Below are positions 21,901 to 35,299 of a stretch of DNA of 64,000 bases, in pieces. Where the stretch lies: NCBI RefSeq assembly GCF_006345805.1, contig NC_043009.1:54684001-54748000 (forward strand), given 5' to 3'. The stretch is from Octopus sinensis. Lineage: Eukaryota. Under the pieces are notes generated by a model, which ran no database searches, had not been told where the DNA came from, and worked only from the letters and a program-made list of their open reading frames with translations. Numbering within the stretch: the first letter of the stretch is position 1; each line of letters begins with the position of its first letter. The translations under genes and the position numbers were made by a program.

Positions 21901-24900
21901 CTTTATTGAAACAGTCGATTTTCTTCTTCATTTTTTTTTTGTTTGTATTTTCTTTTGTTTTTTTTTAGTGTGGATAGCATGTATTTATTAAATAACATTT
22001 ATAATATATAAAATAAAATAGTTTCAGCAAAGGTAAAAATAAAACATCATTATAGTAGTTTATGGTAAAATAACATTGTTATCAATTTAATATTATTCTG
22101 ACAAACTGAAATTACTCTGACACCATTTCATAACTTATTTTACGTGTGAACTTTTCATATTCTTAATCCTCAACAATTAGTTCAATTCACTTATTAACAT
22201 TCCTAATTAACATAGATTTAAGAGTATGGAAAAATTATATGTGATATTAGCTGGCCTTTATTTTTTTTTTTATAAGCAAGGAGTAGACTCCTTAACTCTA
22301 TGGTACTTGTACCTGAACATCAAAAATAGTCAATGAAATTATCAATATAATGTTCTGATAACCACATCTTTCCCTAGGGAACTGGTAATATAAATGAAGT
22401 AAAATAGCTAAAAATCAAAAATCAAAACAGGAACACATGTTATGGTCACCAAAATATTTTCAGTTCTAAAGTTGCTAAGACTGTTTGCCGCTAAAAGATA
22501 GCAATTGTCATAAATTATTTCTATAATCTATTTTTTCGGTAATCTTCTATTTCAAGAATGTTTAAAACATAACAGTCATAAAAATCAAATAAACCACTGA
22601 AAGTCTCTGGTTGGTCTCTATAAAACGAAAACGTTCTGGTAAAGCTTTATATTTCAAGGATTATGGAGTGACTATTATAATAATAATAATAATAATAATA
22701 ATGATAGTTCTTTCTAGTATAAGCACAAGGCCTGGAATTTTAGTGGAGGGTTGCTAGTCAAATTACATTGACCCATTGCACAACTGGTACTTATTTCATC
22801 AACCCCAAAAGGATGAAAGACAAAGATGACCTCAACAGAATTTGAACTCAGAACACATAGTGGGACAAAATACTACTAAGCATTTTGTCCAGCATGCTAC
22901 AATTCAGCCAGCTTACCACCTGAATAATAATAATTTCTAACAGGTATAAGACCAGTAATTTGGAGGAAGAACAGTTGAAGTGTATCAACCCCAGTACTCA
23001 GCTGGTACTTTATTTTATCAACCCATGGGAGGATGAGCAGTAAAGTTGATTTTGGTAAGGTCTGAGCAGAGAAAGCAAAGGGTCCACGACTAATTGCCAA
23101 AACGCATTATATGCAATAATATGCTCAATTCTGCCAATCCACCAATAATATTAATAATCAAGGTTGTTAATATCCACAATGTTTTATATTTAATTGTATT
23201 GATATTGGTGATACTGGATATATGTGTGTATGAATAAATAAGTAAGACTATCTACTTTTTAACTGTTATTAAAGTAGGGTTTTCTGTGGGTGGGCAGGGG
23301 TTTGGATTATGAATACACTAAACAGGTAAATATGTTATAAATCTTATTTTATATAACTTCATAATAATCTTAACACAAAGATATAGTTGTTGTAACGCTA
23401 AAGATGACTAGATATCTACTAATATATTCTATGGTTAAATATTTTTTAATATAGCTCCAAGATGGAAATAGCTCACTGGCTGAAATGAGGTAAAAAATGT
23501 ATGTAATTGATAGTTATGGAGTTAAAATTTTCTATGTTTTCTATATTTTTTAATAACATATTTTTAATTGCATAATAATTTGCATGTTCAACTTAAACTG
23601 AATGTGTTGTTTAGATCACCTTAACATGTTAACCACCCTGGAACTTAGCAGTGACACTTTTATATTTCCAGTCACCCAGCATACTGTTTAATTACAAATT
23701 TTTTCTTTGCATTTTTACAATATTTCATAATTAAACTTTAATATCTAGCACTCATGTTATTTAAATATCCTTGAAACCCTGTCAAAGATAGAGAATAAAA
23801 TATTTTCTCAAGTTATGAAAATGTACCCCCAGTGGTGCTTATAGTGATTGTGTGAAGTTTGTGATGAACCACCGGTGGTACATGTGGCTGTTAACATCCA
23901 GAGATACTACCACATGTTTATGAACACATGCTCAAAATGAGATAGTATCTCTGAACATTCACAGCAGGTTAAGCCAGTCTAAATAACACATTCCAATTTA
24001 AGTTGGACACGCTAATTATTACTCATTACAAACATGGCTACTGTTGCTAATAGCTAATTTATATTTCTAATCAAAACACTAAATGTCTTTTTTTTCTTTT
24101 GTTTCTCATACTATTTTTATAGCTAATTATTTCTAATTTAGGCACAAAGCCTGCAAATTTGAGAAGAGGGGATAATCAATTACAATGACCCCAGTTCTCG
24201 ACTGATGATTTACATTTAGTTTATTGAGCCTGGAAGGATGAAAATCAAAGTTGGTTACAGTGAGATTTGAACTCAGTACCTAAAGAGCCAGAAGAAATAC
24301 AAGACATTAATTATTCTGCCAATATACTGCTCTAATTACTATTTTATAATTAATGACATCTTATGACAAGAATCAGGATCAATTATCTATAAAGGGATGA
24401 GGTATTGTTAATCAAACTGACCCCAGCATATTCTTCATGTTAAACAACTTTGTAAAACCAAAAACAATGAGAACTTTAATAGGGGTTTAAACTCAGAATA
24501 TAGACAGATGAAACCAAATATTATAATGTAACTTCTAGTTCAGCAATCCATAATTTTAACCAACACGCCATCCTAGAATTCTTCATACATAATGGAAGAA
24601 TTTAATTTCCATTTTAAAAAAATACCATAATTTTGTTTTTGTGGTACATTTTTTTTTTATCCTATGGAAGACTGTTTCTTTTAAAGTTAGATGAACTACC
24701 TAGGTGTGTGTCATTCTTTGCAATGGCACGGACAAACAATACTAAATCATTTATTACTAAAACTTTAATTAAATTATCAAGACCTACATTACTGTAATAA
24801 TAATTATTATTTTTTTAAAGGGTTTGATGTTTAATTAATAGAAGGTAAAACAAAGATACTTTTGTTTTTTAAAACGAAACATTGCCTCCCACCTCATACA

Positions 24901-25381
24901 AAGCCAATAGATATATATCTAAAATATCACGAGATAATAAATCAAATATATTTAGTCAATTTCATGAAGCATAAATATAAATTTCTTTTGTTTTTAAAGT
25001 ACAAAGCCAGTTGAGGTGGGTGGGAAAGTTTCATCGACAGATATGACACCAGTGTATAACTGGTATTGTTATCAATCTGAGCAATGCCTGGGTCAGGATC
25101 TAAGTGACACAAAAACTGAATAGTATTATGCATTTAGTTTGGTCACTCTCTTTAGTTCCATATCCACTGCTAGTTTTTTATTTTTTATCATGGAAAAGAG
25201 ATTCCAAGAATCTCAGAAAGATAACCATCCTTCATGAAACAAAGATCTTCCAAGAATCAAAAAACACAATAATGATGGCATATATATATGTATATATATA
25301 TAAATTTTTTCTTTGAAAGCAGGGGCATGGTGAAGGTTCACAAATTTGTTCAATAACTAAATATCACATATAGGGATTTAT

Positions 25382-25494
<113 letters not shown>

Positions 25495-25722
25495 GATAAT
25501 GACTGGTGGCAGGAGCTAGCAATGCCTTTTTTTGTTTTTTAATGGAGTGTGCTGGGACACATTTTAAGAGGAATAGAGAAAGCAAGATTTAACAATAATA
25601 TAATTGGTCTTCTAGACTCCTGGGATTATTTTTTCATTAAGTTTTTAGCTTTCTCTTTGTGTTTTCATTTTCATTTGGTTCTTTTATTTGTGTTTTTTTA
25701 ATTAATCAATTAATTAATTTAT

Positions 25723-25903
25723 TTATTCAGTTTTCTCTTCATTCTTGGTTGATTTCTTAGGTGAAGAATCGGGGTACTGCACAGACATGGGTACTCTAGA
25801 AAGCAAAAGAATGTGACGCTCATATGCAGGACTGGCACGGAACAGATTATCGGTGCCATGAAGACGATCAAGGACTCCGAGAATGCCATAGTTTTGGTTG
25901 AAC
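25723..25903 (-). CDS. FAXDC2: FAXDC2 coding exon 6 (K-FNQNYGILGVLDRLHGTDNLF...AYERHILLL...EKTE*)
   Basis: TATTAG acceptor. 181 nt, stop TAA at 25723-25725. NYG....LD.LHGT motif. Total CDS 1056 nt = 351 aa plus stop. Confidence 0.95.
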
Positions 25904-27215
25904 CTAATAAGAATTGAAAAAAAAAAAGCTGATTAGAATTATTGGTTTTGATGGAATGCAAATAGATTTTGGGTAAGGGAGAAGAATAACTAGATTAGAT
26001 AAATGTTTTCTACTTTAGGCACAAGGCCTGAAATTTTGTGGGAGGAAGCCAGTCAATTAGATCGACCCCAGTACTTCACTGGTACTTAATTTATCGACCC
26101 CTAAGAGGATGAAAGGCAAAGTTGACTTTGGTGGAATTTGAACTCAGAACCACTAAGCATTTCGCCCGGCATGCTAACGTTTCTGCCAGCTCACCGCCTT
26201 CTAGATTAGATAAATGTCTGTATCATACAGACATTTATTCAATTGGGATAGCTTCACTTATATACACTATTTACATCTGGCGGATATTTGTCCTCATCTT
26301 GTCTGTTGTTAAAACAACGTTTTGGCTGATATACCCTCCAGCCTTCATCGGGTGTCTTGGGGAAATTTCGAACCCAGATTCTCATTCCTAAGGTATTTTT
26401 TGATGATGATGATGTTGTTGTTGGTATTATTATTATTCAGGTCACTGCCTGGAATCAAACTCGGAATCTTTGGGTTAGTAGCCCACGCTCTTAACCACTA
26501 CGCCATATGCCCGTGTTAACGACAAACAAGATGAGGACAAACATCTGTCAAATGTAAATAATGTAAATAATGTACATAATTCCTCATCTCTTAAATATAG
26601 AACTGAACTCCAATGTCTTTCATATTTGATGGCATAAAAGACACACAGAAATATTAGACTTACCTCTATTTCAGCAAAAAGAAGTTTTTAGTGCATTAAA
26701 CTGGCACTCCAGGGGTTACAACAATGAGGGTTGTAGTTAATCTGATCAACAGAACAGCCTTCTTGTGAAATTAATGTGCAAGTGGCTGAGCACTCCACAG
26801 ACATGTGTACCCTTAATGTAGTTCTCAGAGGAAATTCAGTGTGACACAGAATGTGACAAAGCTGGTTTTTTGATTTACAGGTACAACTCATTTTTGCCAG
26901 CTGAGTAGACTGGAGCAACATGAAATAAAGTGTCTTGCTTAAGGACACATTGCACCATCAGGTTTTGAACTCATGACCTATTGCTAGTGAGCCAAATAAC
27001 CTAACCACTAAGTGACGACAAACCTTCACATGGTTAGTGCATTAAAGCATGTAAAAAAGGCCCAACTTCACATATAGGACCCAGGGTGGTTTTTTGAGAT
27101 TATCTTTGTGGGAAAATGTGGGTCTTATACACCATCAAATATGGTACTTGATTTCAACCAAAGAAATATTTTTGGGGTTAATTGCTAGAGCTTATGACGA
27201 AATTACTTTACTCAC

Positions 27216-27488
27216 TTGAGGTGATGAAAATCATGAGCTTCAGGTGATGGGAGAAAGGGGAAATGATAACCACTGTGTGCTACTGTGGTGGACAGCAAAA
27301 CCAGAGCGAACCACAGCCAAGATGTTGCCAGATGAGATCCCATAATGATGGGTCCAAGAACTGGTGGCAGCATGTTACTCATGACGTGTTCAAGTGGGTG
27401 AGCATAGACAGATACAAGGCCAACTGGAGCAGTCCATTCATGATGTATCTTGTGAACGTATTTGTATAAGGCTGGGTGATGCAGAAGT
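27216..27488 (-). CDS. FAXDC2: FAXDC2 coding exon 5 (R-LLHHPALYKYVHKIHHEWTAP...HPLEH...HSGYHFPFLPSPEAHDFHHL-K)
   Basis: TTTTCAG acceptor and AA|GTGAGT donor. 273 nt. Contains the HRLLH, HKIHH and HDFHH histidine boxes of the sterol desaturase/fatty acid hydroxylase family. Confidence 0.96.
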
Positions 27489-29606
27489 CTGAAAATAAAA
27501 ATGAAATACAATTAAATAGATTTGATTTAGAAGTTAATTATAAAAATAGATAATAGAAATTAGTTTTAAAAGTATATCATACATTTATAATATAGGATAA
27601 CACCCACCCCACTGAAAATAGGGCGATAGACACATCTCTTCTTTTTACATTATTGTTATCATCATCATTATCATTATTTTAACATCCACTTTTCCATGCT
27701 AGTATCGGTCAGAAGGAATGCGTCAAGGTAGATTTTCCATGTGCCAATGCCTTTGTTTCCAAGCCTGCTAATATTTTTACACAGCTGAATACATTTTCAT
27801 AGAAGACTGGAAATAAGGGACACTACTGATAGATGGAAATGCTCCTTTAATCCATGATATCAAGACAAAAGGCAACACACACATAGATACATAGGTACGT
27901 ATGTATGTATGTATGTATCTATGGATGGATGAATGCATATGATGGACTTCTTTCAGTTTCCATAAGCCAAATTCACTCCCAAGACTCTGATCAGCCTGGA
28001 GATATATTAGAAGACACTTGCTCTGGGCACTGAACCTGATCTCATGGTTGGAAAGCAAGCTTGTTAACCACACAGCAATACCTGCACATACGTACATATC
28101 ATCATCATCATCATGCTGGCATGGGTTGGACGGTTTGACAGGCGCTGGCCAGGCAGAAGACTGCACCAGATTTCTGTGTCTGTTTTGGCAGTTTTTAAAG
28201 CTGGATGCCCTTCCTAACACCAACCACACAGCAGAGTGGACAGAGTACTTTTTATGTTGCACAAGCACAGGAAAGGTCAGTTTTGGCATGGTTTTTACAG
28301 CTTGATGCCCTTCCAAATGCCATCCATTATACAGTGAGGACTGAATGCTTTTTAAGTGCTGTTCAAAACTATAGTCACCCAAAATATAATTTCAATTTGT
28401 CAGAATAATACCAAATTGAGAACAATGTTATTTTACTCTAAACTACTATAATGAAGTTTATTTTTGTCTTTTCTGAAACTAAATTTATTTTATATATTAT
28501 AAATGTTATTTAATAAATAAATGCTATCCAACACTAAAAAATAGGTGAAAAGAAAAAAACTGTTTCAATAAAGCAGCAGACAAAAGACTTTGGGATAAAT
28601 TCAAGTAGTATAAAATGTCTATTAAGATATGTAAAAAAATTAAATAAAATAAAGAGAAAAACTGTGAGTTTAGAAAAAAAAACAGTTTGAATATTTCAGC
28701 ACTTTGTGAGATATTTTTTTAATAGAGAAAAGAAACCTCAACTTCAAGTACATAAAGTTCATTAAAATGTCAATTTGGAACATTCTTCATCAAAAGAAGT
28801 AAAAAATAAATTGCTTAAATTCAAAATTATTTCATTTTTATGATGGGCAGTTATAAAATGTAAGAGATTCAAGTCTAGAGTCTATTAAACTTTCATGTCA
28901 GTCTTAAAGTATATAAATTCAAAGCATAAACACTTACAGGCAGGGCTGTGTGGTTAAGATGCTTGCTTTGTAACCATGTGGTTTCAGGTTCAGACCTGCA
29001 GTGCAACACTTTGGGCGAGTGCCTTCTACCACAACCCTAAACTGACCAATGCTCCGTGAGTGATTTGGTAGGCAGAAACTGTGTGGACACCACACAGAAA
29101 TTGTGTGGCAAGCTGGCAGAAACAAGGCGAAATAAGGCAGCGAGCTGGCAGAAATGTTAGCACGCCAGGTGAAATGCTTAGCAGTATTTCATCTGCCGTT
29201 ATGTTCTGAGTTCAAATTCTGCCGAGGTCGACTTTGCCTTCCATCCTTTCGGGGTCGATAAATTAAGTACCAATTATGCACCGGGGTCGATGTAATCCAC
29301 TTAATCCCTTTGTCTGTCCTTATTTGCCCCCTCTTTGTTTAGTCCCTTGTGGGCAATAAAGAAATAAGAAACTGAGTGGAAGCCCATTGCATGTGTGTGT
29401 GTGCACCTTTGTGTTTGTTGTCCATCACCACTAGACAGCCGGTGTTGGTTTGTTTATGCCCCTGTCACTTAGCAGTTTGACAAAGAGACCAACAGAATAA
29501 ATACCAAAGTACTGGGAGCAATTTGTTCAACTAAATCCTTCAAGGCAGTGCCCCAGCTTGACCAAAATCCAGTGACTGAAACGAGTACAAGGTAACAGGC
29601 ACTTAC

Positions 29607-29812
29607 CTGTGGGAGTAGTAAAATCCCAGTTCTTCAATAAGAGTGAATACGGCAATTTCCAAGAGAACCCACTGAAAGGTTGGCAGGTCTCCACTAACAG
29701 GACATCCTCTCCATTTCATAACTAAGCAAGTACAAAAGCTCATTGGCAGGGCAACAACTGTTTGGTTAAACAAAGCTCTCAGACAAATTTTCTTCAAATC
29801 CTTCATTGCAAG
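29607..29812 (-). CDS. FAXDC2: FAXDC2 coding exon 4 (LAMKDLKK...LIEELGFYYSH-R)
   Basis: TTTTCAG acceptor and AG|GTAAGT donor. 206 nt. LFNQ, LPTF, IEE..FYYSHR motifs leading into His box 1. Confidence 0.95.
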
Positions 29813-29858
29813 CTGAAAAGAGAATAAAGACATTTGAAAATAAATAGTTTATATCTAA

Positions 29859-30154
29859 CTAGCAGTATCGGCTGGCGTTGCTCGGGTTTGTAAGGGAAAT
29901 AACTATAAAGCATTTTTAGAGAGTTATAGCCAAAAAATAGCAAAAAAATGCATTAAAAATGGGAAAAAAATTATGGTAAATTTTTTTTTAAATCGTAGAC
30001 TCATCGTAGATGTGCGCTAATACCCAGAAGGGCTTGATATGAATCACAACTATAAGATACCAGGTTTTGGTTAAACTGCACCGCAAAATGTGGGAGTAGT
30101 TAGGAATCTAAATCGTAGGAGACAGACACACAACCTCTCTTTTATATATAAAGA
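29859..30154 (-). mobile_element. Non-autonomous Helitron, family 1, internally deleted copy in FAXDC2 intron 3
   Basis: Reverse complement of the 7568 element with both termini retained. Confidence 0.82.
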
Positions 30155-31280
30155 TAACAGTATGAAATTTTTCAAAATTTAAGAAATTAGTTTCCATGCA
30201 TTGTGGGGACATTTAATGTTTTAAACAAAGGTTTCTTGTCCGAGTATGAGCGATAAAGTTTTGTTGTTGTTGTTGTTGTTGTTTTGTGTGTGAATGAATG
30301 CCAATATTGCATATTCTAAAACAAATTGCAAGAAGCAAGTTAATTCTAAAAATGTTTCCTCAGTGCGGTATATCAAGTATAATAGTTATTGCACATCAAT
30401 GATGACAAATTTATTTTAGTATGTAGGGACAACAAAATTTATAATTCCTGGGTTTCGTTTAATGTTCTATTCTTCTATGCAAGCACATGTTGGATGAGGC
30501 CTTATTCATGAGGCATTATTTTACAGCTGGATGTTCTTTCTGTCACTAATCCTTCAAAATTTTTCATGCAAGGGATATTTATTCCACTTCTCTTCAAGAG
30601 CAAGAAGCTGCAGGACAATTTGTTGACAGGAGAAGTCAAAATGAAGTTGTTGCTTATAAAATTTCATGAGAACATCATAGAATGTAAGCACATACACAAA
30701 GGTAGACACACACACACAGGTTTAATATCAACATATAACTTTCACTTAAGTATTCATAGAATGTAAGCAAGCGCACAGATCATACACAGAATGGGCTTTC
30801 ATACAGATTCAATCTACTAATTTCATTCACAGAGCATTAGTCAACCTGGGGCCATATTGTCCGAGGTGTTGCACAGTGGGATTGAACCCAAAATCACATT
30901 CTTGCAAAGCAGACTTCTTAACCACATAGCTATGTCTGCATCTGTGGTATTCAATAATCACAAGAAGGATACATGTATCTAAGAGAGAAGAAGATGGTGG
31001 GGAAAAAATCTGTAACTCTGCTTGAAGTATTCAAACACAGCTGTAAACCATAAAGTGGTTTGTATCTATAAACAATGAGGCATATTTTGGCAAGTTTCAC
31101 AAATTTCCCTGTATCACCCCATCCATCCCATCACACACACACACACACACTCTCTCACTCTCTCTTTCTCCCTTACACTTCACATCAAGGGTAGAGTAGC
31201 CAGGAATATACAGAGTATTAAATCCTATTCAACTAGAAAAAGTATTTGACTAGCAATGTCATTAATTCTTTAGCGTTTAA

Positions 31281-32000
31281 ACCGGCCAGATCTGGCTCAA
31301 ATATTCTACCTGTTTTATGTTCAAACTGGCCAGACCTGGCTCAAATAGTCTACCTGTTTTATGTCCAAACTGACCAGATCTGGCTCAAATATTCTACCTG
31401 TTTTATGTTCAAACTGGCCAGACCTGGCTCAAATAGTCTACCTGTTTTATGTTCAAACTGGCCAGACCTGGCTCAAATAGTCTACCTGTTTTATGTTCAA
31501 ACTGGCCAGACCTGGCTCAAATAGTCTACCTGTTTTATGTTCAAACTGACCAGATCTGGCTCAAATAGTCTACCTGTTTTATGTTCAAACTGACCAGATC
31601 TGGCTCAAATAGTCTACCTGTTTTATGTTCAAACTGACCAGATCTGGCTCAAATAGTCTACCTGTTTTATGTTCAAACTGGCCAGACCTGGCTCAAATAG
31701 TCTACCTGTTTTATGTTCAAACTGACCAGATCTGGCTCAAATAGTCTACCTGTTTTATGTTCAAACTGGCCAGACCTGGCTCAAATAGTCTACCTGTTTT
31801 ATGTTCAAACTGACCAGACCTGGCTCAAATAGTCTACCTGTTTTATGTTCAAACTGGCCAGACCTGGCTCAAATATTCTACCTGTTTTATGTTCAAACTG
31901 GCCAGACCTGGCTCAAATAGTCTACCTGTTTTATGTTCAAACTGGCCAGACCTGGCTCAAATATTCTCCCCTGTTTTATGTCCAAACTGACCAGATCTGG
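31281..32000. repeat. 44-bp minisatellite, about 16 copies, in FAXDC2 intron 3
   Basis: Unit CCTGTTTTATGTTCAAACTGGCCAGACCTGGCTCAAATAGTCTA, contiguous, no spacers. Confidence 0.95.
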
Positions 32001-32018
32001 CCCCTCACACCACTTACC

Positions 32019-32420
32019 TACTCTTTTACTCATTTTACTTGTTTCAGTCATTTGACTGCGGCCATGCTGGAGCACCGCCTTTAGTCGAGCAAATCGACCC
32101 CGGGACTTATTCTTTGTAAGCCCAGTACTTATTCTATCGGTCTCTTTTGCCGAACCACTAAGTGACGGGGACGTAAAACACCAGCATCGGTTGTCAAGCA
32201 ATGCTAGAGGGACAAACAAAGACACACAAACATACACATACATACATATATATACATATATACGACAGGCTTCTTTCAGTTTCCGTCTACCAAATCCACT
32301 CACAAGGCATTGGTTGGCCCGAGGCTATAGCAGAAGACACTTGCCCAAGATGCCATGCAGTGGGACTGAACCCAGAACCATGTGGTTGGTAGGCAAGCTA
32401 CTTACAACACAGCCACTCCT
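32019..32420 (-). mobile_element. SINE family A, full length (CORE-like, (AAAAGAGT)n tail)
   Basis: GGCTGTGTGGTAAG head, GGTTCAGTCCC B-box-like, CTTGGGCAAGTGTCTT core. Other copies about 20285-20655 +, 40480-40840 -, 48080-48460 -, 51175-51510 -, 52651-53045 +, 54910-55280 -, 55718-56140 -, 57555-57790 +, 59447-59870 +. Confidence 0.85.
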
Positions 32421-32636
32421 ACAATATTATTCTAAAAATAAACACATCATTGAAATTTCAAAGCTACAAGATAATGCACAACTAATTAAAACTGATGTGA
32501 ATAAATAAGCATTACACTAGGCAAAGTAATTTGAATACTAAAGGGCTAAACCAGAACGTTTCAGGGTGCAAATAATATACGGGATTAAGTTTGGATACTA
32601 AACAAGGGCATTTAAGTTCATTTGCATAATACTTAC

Positions 32637-32758
32637 CGGGGTATTTTTATCAGGCTGGACTTTGTAGCGCAACAATGACGAAGGCATACCAGTGACATCC
32701 AAAAATATAAGAAAACTGTTTGCCAACCAAAATACCGTAAATGTAAACATAGTTGTTC
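32637..32758 (-). CDS. FAXDC2: FAXDC2 coding exon 3 (G-TTMFTFTVFWLANSFLIFLDVTGMPSSLLRYKVQPDKNTP)
   Basis: TATTTCAG acceptor and CCG|GTAAGT donor. 122 nt with phases 1/0. D.TG.P....RYKVQ..KN.P motif. Confidence 0.93.
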
Positions 32759-32941
32759 CTGAAATAACGAAGGTGGTTAGAGAAATAAATAAATATATAA
32801 CTCATCATGGCATATATTATTTGCTTAGGAGGGTGCAAACCCAGGTCTGAAATTTTTTACAATTTTTCTTTTTATACCCTCTAGTTTCAGCTCAGAGCTG
32901 TGGCCATGCTGATGCACTGCCGTTTTGCTATACTGTTATTA

Positions 32942-33290
32942 CTAAGAGCCTCCTCTAATATGTGGCACTTGGTGAAGCATGGAGTTTGATATAGCTACCC
33001 TCATTTGCACCTCTTGCCGTGAGGTAGGTTCATCTGGGACTCTCGACAGGAAGAGGTCCAGCTTTGATTTAAAAACCCCTACATCTACTTTGTGAAAGTT
33101 CCTCAGACTCTTTGGAAGAATATTAAAAAGCTGTGGGCCCTTGAAACCCAGGCTGTTGCAGTAACTGGTCCTGAAGCATGATGGCATTACTGGGACCTTT
33201 GGCACTATGCAGTGTTGTCCCACTCTGGCATTGGTATAGCTTTCAATGCCAAAATTTGGCACAATTCCTTCCAGTATCTTCCAAATATAT
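32942..33290 (-). mobile_element. CR1/L2-clade LINE 3' end in FAXDC2 intron 2
   Basis: NSLGFKGPQLFNILPKSLRN......FKSKLDLFLSRVPDEP....SNS is a typical ORF2 C-terminus. Confidence 0.75.
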
Positions 33291-34899
33291 ATTACTGCAT
33301 ACCCGTAAAAAATCTGTAAAATTTAAGAGTGTGTGCTTACACCCCCATGCAACCCCTGTTCCCAGGCTTTTGTTTCATAGATTTCTAAGAACAGAATTCT
33401 CACCAATAGAAGTTATAGCAGTCACAAAAATTAAAAAAAAAAGTAAAGATAGTCATTAAAAAACACTGATTAATTTTTAAATTGTTACTAACATCTATAC
33501 CTGTTGACAACCTCCACCATATACGTGTGTGTGTGTGTGTACACACTCATACAACAAAACCTCTATACACTAGAAACCCCTAAATAAGTATTATTCTTAC
33601 CAGAATTATCCTAGCTCAATCTTGTAAATATATACAGTCTGACTCTCACCAAGCCTATATTTATCTGTAAATATATACACTGACCCTAACCCGGTCTATA
33701 CACACACACACACACATATATATATATATCCGTAAATATATACATTTCGACTTTAGCCCAGTCTATATGTAACCTTAAATACCTGAAATTTGACTCTAGT
33801 CTAGTCTATAATATAACTGTAAATATATGCAGTCTGACTCTAACCAAGCTTATTGAAACACAGCCACCACATGAACGCAAGTATCACTTAGCACAGGTAC
33901 CATATTTTAACTAATTGTTATAAGTACCCATGTAGGCAAAAAGCAGACATAGATACATACTTCGTCTCACCATCCATGTCTCAGCAGAACAGCCAAGATG
34001 TGACAGCTGAAGGGAAAGAAGTTGCTGGGCCTTCATTTCATGAAACCAATATCAAGTTGTTTTTTAAACTTTTTTTAATGATAGAACTTAAAGTAGATAA
34101 AACTATGTGGTAAGAAGCTTGTTTCTCAACCACACAGTTCTGCATTCAGCCCCGCTGCATGGCAGCACCTTGGGCAAGTGTCCTCAGCTGTAATAACCTT
34201 GAGCCAACCAAAATTTTGAAAGAGGATTTGGTAGACAGAAACTGAAAGAAGCCCGTCATATATATATATATTTGCCAGACCCGTCTGGCACCTGTACCAG
34301 TGGCACGTAAAAAGCACCCACTACACTCACGGAGTGGTTGGCGTTAGGAAGAGCATCCAGCCGTAGAAACATTGCCAGATCAGACTGGGCCTGGTGCAGC
34401 CTTCTGGCTTCCCAGACCCCAGTTGAACCGTCCAACCCATGCTAGCATGGAAAGCGGACGCTAAATGATGATGATGATGATGATTTATTCCATGTACAAA
34501 GCAACCATGCTGGTGACATGTATAAAGCACTCTCTGCATTCTGTAAAGTGGTTGGCATTAGGAAGGGCATCCAGTCACAGAAACCATGCCAAAACAGACA
34601 ATTGAAACCTGGTGCTGTTCTCCGGCTTGCCAGCTCCTGTCAAAACTGGCCAACCCATGAGAGCATGGAAAAACAGACTTTAAATAATAATGATGATGAT
34701 TTACATGTTGTTATAGCTTTAGCCATTTCAAGTTCCATCATTGAAAAAGAAACCATTTCATGTCTCTTGAAGTTTCTACCTTCTTATCTAGTTTATTGTT
34801 TCATAACAGAAAGAAAAAAGAAATAAGCTTTTGAGCCCTATAAAGATTTGCCCAGCCCCACCCACCACCATCTGTCAAAATTCACATCAATGAACTTAC

Positions 34900-35003
34900 C
34901 TACAACACCAACTAACATTTCATCTTCATTGAACAAACTATAGATGTTGTTCCATGTTGTTTGCCAAAAGTCTCCAGAAGCACCCCAAAATCTTTGCATG
35001 TGC
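34900..35003 (-). CDS. FAXDC2: FAXDC2 coding exon 2 (W-HMQRFWGASGDFWQTTWNNIYSLFNEDEMLVGVV-G)
   Basis: TTTTCAG acceptor and G|GTAAGT donor. 104 nt with phases 2/1 consistent. The HxQRFWGASGxFWQ motif is characteristic of FAXDC2. Not in the ORF track. Confidence 0.93.
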
Positions 35004-35299
35004 CTGAAAAGTGTTTCACAGTTTCATAAGTCAGAGAATGAAGAGAAAACAGAAAAGCAAAAACATACATAAAGTGATATCAAGAATAACTAGAATAAGA
35101 GTGTGTGTGGATAGACTAACATACATTCAGCCTTGCTGCATAGATGAAAAAAAAAAAACCTTGTGATTAAAGCACAGGGCTTTCTCTGTAGAATGAACCA
35201 AATTTGGCTTATTTTGTTTAGTTAGAAGGGAGTGTCGAAAAGTTCCTGGTTTTGGGTAAATAAAATACAGGCGGATCAGTTAATTGTGATTTTATTCAA

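Noticed and set aside
27777-28382. 201-aa ORF
   Set aside because: Mosaic of SINE A and SINE C read-through plus microsatellite. It also lies in a FAXDC2 intron.
31281-32000. CRISPR-like array
   Set aside because: Units are contiguous with no unique spacers, the context is eukaryotic, and there are no cas genes.
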